Assembly (NCBI GenBank): GCA_030432155.1
Contig: JAUIHQ010000003.1
Span: forward strand, 1 to 50,110
Length of the DNA stretch: 50,110 nucleotides
From: a bacterium
Lineage (GTDB): Bacteria; Verrucomicrobiota; Kiritimatiellia; CAIVKH01
Direction of reading: 5' to 3'
Each line of letters opens with the position of its first letter. Positions within the stretch are counted from its first letter, which is position 1. A program made the position numbers and the translations under genes. This document shows, piece after piece, positions 9,576-18,632 of this stretch. The notes under the pieces were generated by a model that saw only the letters and a list, made by a program, of their open reading frames with translations, was not told the origin of the DNA and did no database searches.

Positions 9576-11400
9576 TCGGCCTCGGCTTCTGCATCTTCTT
9601 CTGACGCTCCAGCTCGCGGATACGGGCGTCGGATGTTTCGAGACGGTCGCGAAATGCCTGCAGTTCATCATGCAGCATGTTGACCTGGGCGTCGCGGTTT
9701 TCGACTTTGCGGTAGGCCGCCAGCAATTCCTGCTCGCGAGCCTCAAGCTCTTTCTCCATGTCTTTCTGGACCTGGAGAAGGCGGTTCAGCTCGTCATTCA
9801 ACTCCGATTCGCGGCCGGTGCCCTCTTCCAGGCCCGCCACCGTTTCGGACAGGGCGTCGGCATGGCGCTTCCAGTACGCAGCATTCTCCTGAGCCTTGGC
9901 CAGCTCGACTTTCATTTCCGCGGTGCGGGCTTCCAGTCCGCGCTTTGCCTCTTTCAAATCCGAGGCGAGTTTACGGTTATCCAGCTCCGCCTGCTCAAAC
10001 CTGGCCCGCCACGACGCAACCGCCTTGTCGTCGGTTTGCGCGGATTCCACCGCCTTCGACAGTTCCTTCTCCATGGCATCGATCTCTCCGGAAAGCTCGC
10101 TGACCCGGCCGACCGCATCGTCCAGCAATCCGGCCTGGGCCACGACCTCGTCCTGCAACTGTTCGAGGGCGCCGGTCAGTTGCGCCTTTTCTTCCGTCAG
10201 GGTTTCAATGTCCGCCTTGAGCCGTTTCTCCATGGCGAGGAAATCCTCGATGGTCGCCTCCCGTTCCGCGAGGCCGGCCTTGAGTTCATCCATCTCCTCG
10301 TTCAGGGCGGCGAGGCGCGCCTGTTCGGCAGCCGCCGCCGCGGTCTGCTCGGCAGCGCGGGCGGTCGCCTGTTCGGCGAGTGTCACTGCGGCATCCATTT
10401 CCTTTTTCTGTTCCTCCACCACCGTCTGCAGCGAGGTCAGGGAGCGGGACAGGGAAGCATTGTTGCGCCTCAACTCTTCGAGGTCGCCTTTCATTCGAGC
10501 CTCGGTCTGTCGATAGGTCTCGATGGTGCTGTCCCGTTCCGCGAGAGCGGCGCGGGCCTCGGCGAGTTCTTTTTTGACTGCGGCGAATTCCTCCGGGTCG
10601 GCGGTTTCGGTCTCCGCGATAAAGGTCTCCAGCGACTCAATCTCCAGATCAAGCATCCGGTTGCGTTCCGCCAGCTCCACCCGGTTGGAGGCAACCTCGG
10701 ATAGTTCGGTCCGGGCTTCCTCAAGGCGCATCATGGCGTTGGCCAGCGCGTTGGTCACCGCCTGTAGCTCCTGCTCCAGCTCCCGGCCGCGGGTCCGGGC
10801 ATCTTCGATTTCAGAGGTCATCTCCACCGCTTCCGCGGCGGTTACCTCGCGCACGCGATTGATTTCCTGCTGGAGGCGGGCCACCACGCCGGTCAGCGCC
10901 TGAAAGGGTTCGAGCTCCTCCACCTTCGCCTGAAGCCGGTCCCGTTCGGTCGCAAGCGCGGCAAGGCCGGCCTCGTATCCGTACCGGACGTCGGGGGCGC
11001 GGGCCGGCGCGGCCTCCGCGGTTTCCGGCGGCACAACATCATCCGCCGGAGCCTCGGTCACCGGTTCCGATTCCTCCGGCTCCGATTCGGGCGACGGTTC
11101 GGCTGTCTGCACGGTTCCGCCCAGAGATTCGATCTGGTTGATGCAGTAGGAAATCCGGTACTCTACAATTTCGGGATTCCAGGCGGGATACCGGCGGGCT
11201 ACCTCGCGATACAGGTCAAGCGCCTCCTGGAACAGGGTGACCGCTTCGCCTCCCCGTCCGGCCCGGGCCGCCTGCTCCGCCTTGACCACCGCGACGTAGG
11301 CGTCCACCTGCTCCGAAGGTGTCTGGGCCGCGGCGGGCAGCAGCGTAAACAGTCCGACGGCGGCAACCGCAATCGAATATCGCAGGAAGCAGCGGATCAT
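9541..11400 (-). CDS. Secreted long coiled-coil protein with an N-terminal TPR-like helix pair
   Basis: Signal peptide (PAAAQ), YPAWNPEIVEYRI motif, then ~450 aa of heptad-rich E/L/A sequence; coupled to the upstream gene by ATGA overlap. Confidence 0.7.
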   Translation of the reverse strand: MIRCFLRYSIAVAAVGLFTLLPAAAQTPSEQVDAYVAVVKAEQAARAGRGGEAVTLFQEALDLYREVARRYPAWNPEIVEYRISYCINQIESLGGTVQTAEPSPESEPEESEPVTEAPADDVVPPETAEAAPARAPDVRYGYEAGLAALATERDRLQAKVEELEPFQALTGVVARLQQEINRVREVTAAEAVEMTSEIEDARTRGRELEQELQAVTNALANAMMRLEEARTELSEVASNRVELAERNRMLDLEIESLETFIAETETADPEEFAAVKKELAEARAALAERDSTIETYRQTEARMKGDLEELRRNNASLSRSLTSLQTVVEEQKKEMDAAVTLAEQATARAAEQTAAAAAEQARLAALNEEMDELKAGLAEREATIEDFLAMEKRLKADIETLTEEKAQLTGALEQLQDEVVAQAGLLDDAVGRVSELSGEIDAMEKELSKAVESAQTDDKAVASWRARFEQAELDNRKLASDLKEAKRGLEARTAEMKVELAKAQENAAYWKRHADALSETVAGLEEGTGRESELNDELNRLLQVQKDMEKELEAREQELLAAYRKVENRDAQVNMLHDELQAFRDRLETSDARIRELERQKKMQKPRPINAAPAISDGP

Positions 11401-12419
11401 GGCGCGTTCAGGACCGCTTCGAGTTCCGAATCCGCTTCACTGCCGAGGCGCAATGCCTTCTGATACACCTCGCGGGCCCGGTCCAGATCCGGGGATTTGG
11501 CCCCGGCCAGCACGACGGCAAGATTGTAGTGATAATCGGGGGCGTTGGGACTCAACTCCACCGCCTTTTCAAGTTCACGGATGGCCGAACGCTCCTTGCC
11601 CCGGTCATGCAACACAATGCCATAATAGTTGTGGTACTGGGCGTTGCCGGGATCCCCCTTCACCGCGCGGGAAAGGGACCGTTCAGCATCGCGCAGGTTG
11701 CCGTCATTCCACTCCAGCAATCCGTGCAGGGCCAGTCCCTGGGGAATACTGTCGTCTTCTTCCAGGGCCGCTTCCACCAGGGCTCGGGCGGGCCCGAATT
11801 CTCCCTTGGCGAACAGGCAGGCGGCGATGCCGAGGCGCGCGGAGAGGAGGCCCGGCGCGAGGTTCGCCGCGGTCCGGAACGCTTTTTCCGCCCCGCCGGT
11901 ATCCCCGGCCGCCAGCAGGCGGTTGCCGGTAGCGACGAGGCTGATGGCCTGGCTGCTGGTTTCCTCATTGCCTCCGGCGGGTTTTTTGGCCGGGCGAGCC
12001 TGCTCGGTCTCGGTGGCGGCGGGCGCGGCGCCGGCGAGAGCGTAAATCGAAGCGGTGATGCCGGCGGCTTCCTCATCCAGACGGTCGATATCCTTCTGAA
12101 TCTTTTCTTTCTCCTGGATGATGTCGTCGGAGGCGTACTTGATATCCCGGATGCGGGTACCCGCGTCATACAATTCGCGACGCAGGTCGGTGAGTTTGTC
12201 CTCCATCTCCCGGATTTGATCCTGCAGCTTCTCCCGGCCTTTTCCGAGCCGCTCCAAATCCTTCTCCAACCGGTCGATTTCCTTGCGCCCCACGGCATCC
12301 TGGGACGCGGGCATTGTCACGATGTCCTCGCCGTTCGGGGCGGTGGAGGCACATCCGGTGATGCCCAGTATAAAGATAAGGGACAGCATCAGGCTGATCA
12401 GGTGTCGTATCATCGTCAT
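11397..12419 (-). CDS. Tetratricopeptide-repeat lipoprotein with coiled coil
   Basis: RBS AAAGGGAG before MTMIRHLISL; lipobox ITGC; coiled coil; C-terminal TPRs (YHNYYGIVL, YHYNLAVVL). Start reassigned from 12809. Confidence 0.75.
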   Translation of the reverse strand: MTMIRHLISLMLSLIFILGITGCASTAPNGEDIVTMPASQDAVGRKEIDRLEKDLERLGKGREKLQDQIREMEDKLTDLRRELYDAGTRIRDIKYASDDIIQEKEKIQKDIDRLDEEAAGITASIYALAGAAPAATETEQARPAKKPAGGNEETSSQAISLVATGNRLLAAGDTGGAEKAFRTAANLAPGLLSARLGIAACLFAKGEFGPARALVEAALEEDDSIPQGLALHGLLEWNDGNLRDAERSLSRAVKGDPGNAQYHNYYGIVLHDRGKERSAIRELEKAVELSPNAPDYHYNLAVVLAGAKSPDLDRAREVYQKALRLGSEADSELEAVLNAP

Positions 12420-12551
12420 TCTCCCTTTCAGGACTGCCGCGGGACGTGTTTGCCCCTGCACGCAATCGCATCCGGTATAGCGGGAGAACCGGGGGATTGC
12501 AAGCGTACGGGGACTTGCCAAAGCGGCCCAAGGCTGTAGGTTGCGGCATAG

Positions 12552-13919
12552 ATGAACCTGCTTCACGACCCGATACCCGTCCTGACCCGCCGCATTGCGG
12601 TACCGGCGAGCATCGGCTTTCTGTTCAACACCCTGTTCAATGTTGTCGATACCTGGTACGCGGGCAAGGTCTCGACCGACGCCCTCGCCGCACTGGGCCT
12701 TTCGTTTCCCGCGTTCTTCCTCGTGATCGCGGTCAGCACCGGCCTGTCCACCGGCGTGTCGGCCCTGATGGCGAACGCGCATGGCGAGGGGCGGGCGGGC
12801 CAGGCTCACCGGTACGGAGCTCAGGCCATTGCGTTCGGCGTCTTCACGTCGTGGGTGATCGGGGCCGTCGGCATCTTCGGGTCCCGCCCGTTCTTTGCGT
12901 GGATGGGGGCGGAAGGCGCGCCGCTGGAACTGGCGACGGTCTACATGCAGATCATCTTCGCCGGCTCAATCTTCTTCATTCTGAATCATGTGCTGAATGC
13001 TTCGCTGCTGGCGATGGGCGACACCACCACCTACCGGAATGTGCTGATCCTTGGCGTGCTGCTGAATCTCGTATTCGATCCCTGGTTCATCTTCGGCGGC
13101 TACGGGCTGCCCGCGATGGGATTCGCCGGCATCGGCTACTCAACCGTCCTGATCCAGGCGGTCAGCCTGTTGTATATGATCCACAAGGTCCGGGCCGGGG
13201 GGAGCATGCGGGGCGCCAAACCCGCGGACTTCCGTCCCGCGTGGCGGGATCTCGTGGATATCCAGCGGCAGAGCCTCCCTGCCACCGCAAACATGCTGAC
13301 CGTCGGGATCGGCATTCTCGTCCTCACCTATTTCGTGAACCGGTTCGGCCCGAAAGCGGTGGCGGCCTACGGCATCGCCACCCGCATCGAGCAGATCATC
13401 CTCCTCCCCGGGATCGGCCTCAATTTTTCCGTCCTGACCCTGGTCGGACAGAACAACGGCGCCCGGAAATACCGGCGGGTCCGGGAAGCGGTGTGGACCG
13501 CGTTGAAGGACGGGGCCTGGCTGATGACCGCGGGGGCGATTCTGATCCTGCTCTTCGCCCGGCAGGCCATGGGCTGGTTCACCAACGACCCCGACGTCAT
13601 CCGCATCGGCGCCGAGTACCTGCGGATCGCCGCGTTCGTACTCTATGCATACATCCTGCTCTTCGTTCTCACCTCGGCGCTCCAGGGGTTGAAGCGCCCG
13701 ATGTATGCCATCTGGATGGGACTCTACCGGCAACTGCTTGCCCCGGTGCTGCTGATCCTGCTGTTCGAGCATTACACCTCGCTCGGGTTGTACGGCATCT
13801 GGTGGACGGTGCTCATCACCACCTGGTCGGCCGGCCTGTTCACGGTATGGTATGTTCGCCGCCGTCTTCCCTCGGATGAAACTTTCTCCGCCGATTCGTT
13901 TGCAAATCATGCCCGTTGA
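12552..13919 (+). CDS. MATE family efflux transporter
   Basis: ~12 TM; VVDTWYAG, LAMGDT, FDPWFIFG, VGQNNGA motifs. Confidence 0.92.
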   Translation: MNLLHDPIPVLTRRIAVPASIGFLFNTLFNVVDTWYAGKVSTDALAALGLSFPAFFLVIAVSTGLSTGVSALMANAHGEGRAGQAHRYGAQAIAFGVFTSWVIGAVGIFGSRPFFAWMGAEGAPLELATVYMQIIFAGSIFFILNHVLNASLLAMGDTTTYRNVLILGVLLNLVFDPWFIFGGYGLPAMGFAGIGYSTVLIQAVSLLYMIHKVRAGGSMRGAKPADFRPAWRDLVDIQRQSLPATANMLTVGIGILVLTYFVNRFGPKAVAAYGIATRIEQIILLPGIGLNFSVLTLVGQNNGARKYRRVREAVWTALKDGAWLMTAGAILILLFARQAMGWFTNDPDVIRIGAEYLRIAAFVLYAYILLFVLTSALQGLKRPMYAIWMGLYRQLLAPVLLILLFEHYTSLGLYGIWWTVLITTWSAGLFTVWYVRRRLPSDETFSADSFANHAR

Positions 13920-13939
13920 TTTAGATTCGAAAAAACAAG

Positions 13940-15118
13940 GTGACCAACATGATAGATAAATCTTTCCCCCCATTCAGCCTCTCCCGACTCCTCAGCACCG
14001 TATTCTCGCCGGTGAAGGGCGAAACCATCGGCGTCATGATCGACCTGCCGGAACCGGAGAAGGCGGAACACCTCCGCTTCCTCGCCAATCCTGCCTTCAC
14101 GATTCAGAAGATCGCCCATGATGTCTTCTGGGAAGGCCTGAAAGACGGGGTCGCTGAAGAGCTCGGGCTCAAGCTCGGGGGTTTTTATGCCTACCGGATC
14201 ACCGGCGGCAGCAATCTCGACCTGCCGGACGAGGCGTGGACACCGAATGACGGAAAGGTATCGCTGGAAAAGGACGTGTACCCCAACCACGACATTCTTC
14301 TCTGCATTTCCACGTATTCGGCGACCGCACCCCTGACCGCTCACGCCAAAAAGATCGGCTTCCGCGGGGCCACGCTGCACGGCGTGAACAACATCATTCT
14401 CAACTCGGGACTGGCGGTGAATTACAACGAGGTCAGCATCGAGGCGGAAAAGCTGCGCGGGGCCCTGACCGGGGCGGATGCGTTCGAGATCGATTTCGAA
14501 TGCCTCGGCAAAACCTACACCCTCCGGCTGGAATGCGGCCGGCAGGAGGCACAGAAGAGTCACGGCCTGTGCCCGCCGGGCAAGCCCGACATCGCCAACC
14601 TGCCCGCCGGCGAAGTGTACTTTGTCCCGACCTCGGCATCCGGCTTATTCCCGATGCACTATGAAGAGGATCGCGATACCGTCGGACTGCAGCATGTCGA
14701 GGACGGATACGTGGTGAAGGCGGAACTGCTGAAGGGCAACCAGGAGCTCATCAACCGCCACAACGAAAAACTCAAGAACGACAAACCCACCGGCATCATC
14801 GGCGAGCTCGGATTCGGCACCCAGGAACTACCGGTATCCGGCCACGATATTCAGGATGAGAAAATCCGCGGGACGGTTCATGTCGCCACCGGGCGATCCG
14901 ACCACCTCGGGGGGCATGTGGATTCATCGAGCTTCAAGGACAAGTCTCACGCCACCCATGACGACATCCTGTTCGCCCCCTTCAAGACCCCGGAGGTCCA
15001 CGTGCCCCAGGTCCGGATGTACAAGGATGGCGAGGTGATACCGGTGCACGAAAACTTCGCCATCACCGACTACCTGAAAAAAGCCCTCGCCGGCGCCTCA
15101 CCGGTCACCGCGTCCTGA
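13940..15118 (+). CDS. M29-like (thermophilic metalloprotease / aminopeptidase T-related) protein
   Basis: NLPAGEVY, IGELGFG, QDEKIRGTVHVATGRSDHLGG and HDDI metal-ligand motifs. Start may be ATG 13949. Confidence 0.7.
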   Translation: MTNMIDKSFPPFSLSRLLSTVFSPVKGETIGVMIDLPEPEKAEHLRFLANPAFTIQKIAHDVFWEGLKDGVAEELGLKLGGFYAYRITGGSNLDLPDEAWTPNDGKVSLEKDVYPNHDILLCISTYSATAPLTAHAKKIGFRGATLHGVNNIILNSGLAVNYNEVSIEAEKLRGALTGADAFEIDFECLGKTYTLRLECGRQEAQKSHGLCPPGKPDIANLPAGEVYFVPTSASGLFPMHYEEDRDTVGLQHVEDGYVVKAELLKGNQELINRHNEKLKNDKPTGIIGELGFGTQELPVSGHDIQDEKIRGTVHVATGRSDHLGGHVDSSSFKDKSHATHDDILFAPFKTPEVHVPQVRMYKDGEVIPVHENFAITDYLKKALAGASPVTAS

Positions 15119-15126
15119 TCGGGCGG

Positions 15127-15885
15127 ATGATGAGCGAGGCGTTCTACGAAACCGGAGAGGCCGTCGGACAGTACCTGTTTTTCCACTACGGAAAAATCAC
15201 GGACTATATGCCCTACCCCCAGGGTCCGGTCGAAGCCTTCGGGTTTCCGGTCCGTGTCGTCACCGGGATGGTGGATTCATCCACCCTCCCCCCATCTCCC
15301 CGCGCACTCGATCTCGGCTGCGCGGTCGGCCGCACCAGTTTCGAGCTGGCGAGGTTCTGCGGGGAGGTTGTCGGCATCGATGCCTCGGCCCGCTTCATCG
15401 AAGCTGCACAGGCCATGCAACGCGAGGGGCGGCTGGAGCATGATGTCCTGATCGAAGGAGCCCGGCGGATGCAGGTGACCGCGGAAGCGCCGGTCGATGT
15501 CGACCGGACCCGGGTCGATTTCCGGGTCGGCGACGCCCAGGCCCTACCCGACGATCTCGGCGCCTTCGATCTTGTGGTTGCAGCCAACCTGATCGACCGC
15601 CTCCCCGACCCCGCAGCCTGCCTCGCCCGCATGGAGAGCCTGGTGAAACCCGGCGGGCGGCTGGTCATCACCTCGCCATACACCTGGCTGATCGACTACA
15701 CGCCGAAACAGAACTGGCTGTATTCACCGGACGGCGACACCCCCACCCGCGACATCATCGCCCGGGCACTCGGTCCGGCATTCACGCTCGAACATCACAC
15801 CGACCTCCCCTTCCTCATCCGCGAACATGCCCGCAAGTATCAATGGAGTGTGGCCGAAGGTACGAGATGGATGCGGGGAGTATAG
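15127..15885 (+). CDS. SAM-dependent methyltransferase resembling the OvoA C-terminal domain (putative 4-mercaptohistidine N1-methyltransferase), stand-alone
   Basis: QYLFFHYG, ALDLGCAVGRTSFELAR, NLIDRL, SPYTWL and PFLIREHARKYQ match the OvoA C-terminal signature as I recall it. Confidence 0.8.
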   Translation: MMSEAFYETGEAVGQYLFFHYGKITDYMPYPQGPVEAFGFPVRVVTGMVDSSTLPPSPRALDLGCAVGRTSFELARFCGEVVGIDASARFIEAAQAMQREGRLEHDVLIEGARRMQVTAEAPVDVDRTRVDFRVGDAQALPDDLGAFDLVVAANLIDRLPDPAACLARMESLVKPGGRLVITSPYTWLIDYTPKQNWLYSPDGDTPTRDIIARALGPAFTLEHHTDLPFLIREHARKYQWSVAEGTRWMRGV

Positions 15886-15976
15886 ATGGCGGGACATCTT
15901 GAATCATGAGGTGGCGATAAAGGTGCGTCACCCCCATTGGCGAAGCTCGGTAATCGCCTGGAATTCCTGCGGATTG

Positions 15977-16217
15977 GTGTGATTCGCGGGCCTTTTCCTT
16001 CCTTCCACAAGGGCAACCGGGAGGTTGCCCCTCCGGGAAAATCCCTCCCTCGGATGGGGGGCGTTCGGTCCATACAACGGGCACCTTACCCGACGAGGCG
16101 CGAAGCGCACCGGCCTTTCATCCTTCATACTTCATACTTCCGCTTTCGCGAAGATCCGTGTGATTCGTGGGCCTTTTCCTTCCTTCCACGAGGGCAAGCG
16201 GGAGCTTGCCCCTCCGG
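15977..16217. repeat. Two ~60 bp direct repeats (15977-16036, 16158-16217), each ending in a REP-like hairpin, with a heptamer run between them
   Basis: GTGTGATTCGYGGGCCTTTTCCTTCCTTCCACRAGGGCAASCGGGAGSTTGCCCCTCCGG occurs twice, 181 bp apart; TTCATCC-TTCATAC-TTCATAC-TTC lies between the copies. Confidence 0.85.
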
Positions 16218-16233
16218 TGGTGAGGAGACGTCA

Positions 16234-17655
16234 TTACCATTGGTCCGGGTCGCCGAATCCCTCTTCAATGGGAAGAACCGGCTCGCCGTTCATGTTCCAC
16301 ATCACGACGTTGAACTGGTCCTCGAGAAACAGGGGCTTCACCGCTTCCCCGGCGATCTGGTTCAGATACTCCTTCATGGATGCAACTTTTTCAGGATGAG
16401 CATCGGCGAGGTTCGTTTCTTCCGATGGATCCGCGGATAGATCATACAACTGTACGGATGCCGGCAGAAGCACCTGCCAGATCAGCTTCCAATCCCCCTG
16501 CCGCAACGCGGCGCGGAACGGCTCGATGTTGTACAGGATCTCGTTGCGGGGCGACGGCTCGCCCGCGGCGATGGTATCCCAGACATTGAGCCCGTCGAGG
16601 GGTTTGCACTTGTCGGTCGAGGCTCCGGCGAGGGCGGCGAGCGTCGGATAAAAATCGACCACATGCAGCAGACCGTCCACTTCCTGCGCCTCGATGCGTC
16701 CCGGCCAGTTGGCGAACGCGCAGACCCTGGTTCCGCCCTCGTGAAGCGACGCCTTGCCGTCGCGATACGGACCGTTGTCACAGGGGATCGTTACCTTCGA
16801 CATGTCGGCCATGACGCCGGCAAACATGGGGTTCTTCGTTCCGCCATTGTCGCTATGGAACAGAATCAGCGTGTTCTCGCGCATCCCCTTCTTCTCGAGG
16901 GCGGCCACGATCCGACCCACCTGGTCGTCGAGGCAGCTCACCATACCTGCATAGATCCGCCGGGTCGGATCGGCTATGTCGGGGAAGCGGTCAATATACT
17001 CCTGCGGCGCCTGGTACGGTGTGTGGGGCGCGTTAAAGGCAAGATAGAGATAAAGAGGTGTCGCGGGATCATGATTCTCAATCAACCGGACGGCATCGTC
17101 GCCGAACAGCTCGGTCGTGTAGCCTTCCTCTTCGAGCGGTTCATTGTTGCGGTACCAGTCGAGAACGCCGTGTTCCATGTGGGTAAAGTAATCGAGCTCC
17201 CCGATCATCGCCCCGTACTGGTAATCAAACCCGCGCTGGCGGGGCCAGTACTTGCGGTCCGCATGGCCGAGATGCCACTTGCCGATGATTGCGGTCTTGT
17301 ACCCGGCCTCGCCGAGGCACTGGGGCATCAGCCATTCCTCGGTATCCAGTCCGTACGATGAAACCGAGGGGATCACCGCGGTCTGCAGGCCGTACCGGAA
17401 GGGATAGCGCCCGGTCATCAGCGCCGCCCGGGTCGGGGTGCACATCGGCTGAACATAGAACTGTGTCAGCTTCGCCCCCTCCGCGGCCAGCCGGTCCAGG
17501 TTCGGCGTCTTGAAGTCGGTACAGCCGTTGAAACCGACATCCTTCCACCCAAGATCGTCGGCGACGATGTGGATGATATGCGGTTTCTCCCCGGCATGGA
17601 CGAGGGGGCCGACCAGCGAAACAGCGACAAGAACCAACCAACGAATGCTTCTCAT
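16234..17655 (-). CDS. Arylsulfatase (formylglycine-dependent S1 family)
   Basis: Signal peptide; ADDLG, CTPTRAALMTGR, GKWHLG, FNAPH and SDNGG motifs. Start placed at MRSIRW (17655). Confidence 0.93.
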   Translation of the reverse strand: MRSIRWLVLVAVSLVGPLVHAGEKPHIIHIVADDLGWKDVGFNGCTDFKTPNLDRLAAEGAKLTQFYVQPMCTPTRAALMTGRYPFRYGLQTAVIPSVSSYGLDTEEWLMPQCLGEAGYKTAIIGKWHLGHADRKYWPRQRGFDYQYGAMIGELDYFTHMEHGVLDWYRNNEPLEEEGYTTELFGDDAVRLIENHDPATPLYLYLAFNAPHTPYQAPQEYIDRFPDIADPTRRIYAGMVSCLDDQVGRIVAALEKKGMRENTLILFHSDNGGTKNPMFAGVMADMSKVTIPCDNGPYRDGKASLHEGGTRVCAFANWPGRIEAQEVDGLLHVVDFYPTLAALAGASTDKCKPLDGLNVWDTIAAGEPSPRNEILYNIEPFRAALRQGDWKLIWQVLLPASVQLYDLSADPSEETNLADAHPEKVASMKEYLNQIAGEAVKPLFLEDQFNVVMWNMNGEPVLPIEEGFGDPDQW

Positions 17656-17759
17656 ACCCAAACCACCTTTCGAATCAACGGCCATCTGTATAACGGGAAC
17701 AAGGCGAAGAACATATGTGGCATTTCGGCAAAGTTCAAGCTGATCGGAATACGGGCGGG

Positions 17760-17795
17760 TTGCCCTTAATCAGCTTTTCGTGTATGGTTTCATGC
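17760..17795 (+). promoter_or_regulatory. Putative leaderless sigma70 promoter/operator of vapBC-1
   Basis: TTGCCC (17760-65), 17 bp, TATGGT (17783-88), 7 nt, ATG; imperfect inverted repeat TGTATG..CATGCA overlapping the -10. Confidence 0.5.
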
Positions 17796-18056
17796 ATGGC
17801 AACAAAAACCATATCGCTTGAACTCGATGCCTATGAGTTGTTGAAATCGGCCAAGCGGCCCGGGGAGTCCTTCTCCCAGGTCGTCCGTCGGGCCTCATTC
17901 GGCCCATCGGATGCCTCCGGCAAATCCATTCTCGAGGTTCTCCGCGAGCGCCGACCTTCCTATGGCGACACCAGCGCTGTGGCCTATCACGAGAAGCATC
18001 CGGAGAGGGACCGTCCCGCCAGCCCATCAGCCTGGGGAGAGCACCCGTCACCTTGA
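17796..18056 (+). CDS. vapB: VapB-family antitoxin
   Basis: [32 protein letters not shown] is a typical VAPB_antitox N-terminus; overlaps the toxin start. Confidence 0.85.
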   Translation: MATKTISLELDAYELLKSAKRPGESFSQVVRRASFGPSDASGKSILEVLRERRPSYGDTSAVAYHEKHPERDRPASPSAWGEHPSP

Positions 18057-18451
18057 AGTTGCTGGATACATCTTTCCTGATCGACCTGCACCGGGAGTGG
18101 GCCAAAACCGGGATGGGTCCGGCCATGAGGTTTCTCCATTCGAACGATACCGAGCAGATGGGCGTGTCGACCATTAGCCGATTGGAATTTCTGGAAGGCT
18201 TCACCCGGACCGGAGAAGGCGAACTCTTCCTCGCCCCCTTCATCTCGCTGGATGTCACCCATCAAACGGCACGAATCGGAAGCCGAATTCGCCAAGGTCT
18301 GCGGAAGGACGGTATGATGATCGGAGACTTCGACATCCTGATCGCCGCAACCGCGCTGGAGCACGGCATTGTATTGGTCACAGGCGATACCGGCCATTAC
18401 CATCGGATCCGGGATCTGGAACTGGAAGCGTACCGGGAACTCGAAGCCTGA
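18053..18451 (+). CDS. vapC: VapC PIN-domain ribonuclease toxin
   Basis: [31 protein letters not shown]; TTG start overlapping the vapB stop. Confidence 0.9.
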   Translation: MKLLDTSFLIDLHREWAKTGMGPAMRFLHSNDTEQMGVSTISRLEFLEGFTRTGEGELFLAPFISLDVTHQTARIGSRIRQGLRKDGMMIGDFDILIAATALEHGIVLVTGDTGHYHRIRDLELEAYRELEA

Positions 18452-18458
18452 CGCTCTC

Positions 18459-18606
18459 ATACCAATTACAAATACGCATCGGTATACATGCGCCAGACGC
18501 TTGGTTTCAGGTTTCAGTGTTCAGGTGTCAGGAGGGCCTGAAACCTGACACCCGAAACCTATTGAGGAAGACCGAAACAATACCGATACGTTCTTCCGAC
18601 TGGTAT
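18459..18606. repeat. ~148 bp fold-back element: imperfect 27 bp terminal inverted repeats enclosing inverted heptamer arrays
   Basis: ATACCAATTACAAATACGCATCGGTAT (18459-85) vs reverse complement of 18580-18606, 20/27 identical; inner GGTTTCA-type x4 facing CCTGAAA-type x3. Confidence 0.7.
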
Positions 18607-18632
18607 CCGTATCGAGCAGGGATGGCCGTGTA

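Noticed and set aside
9541-11400. SMC / chromosome segregation ATPase
   Set aside because: Has a signal peptide and no Walker motifs; similarity would be coiled-coil composition only.
15977-16217. Possible CRISPR array
   Set aside because: Only two 60 bp repeats with a 121 bp spacer and no cas genes; better explained as REP/BIME-like.
15937-16440. 167 aa and 124 aa plus-strand ORFs
   Set aside because: They translate the repeat region and run antisense into the sulfatase; not protein-like.
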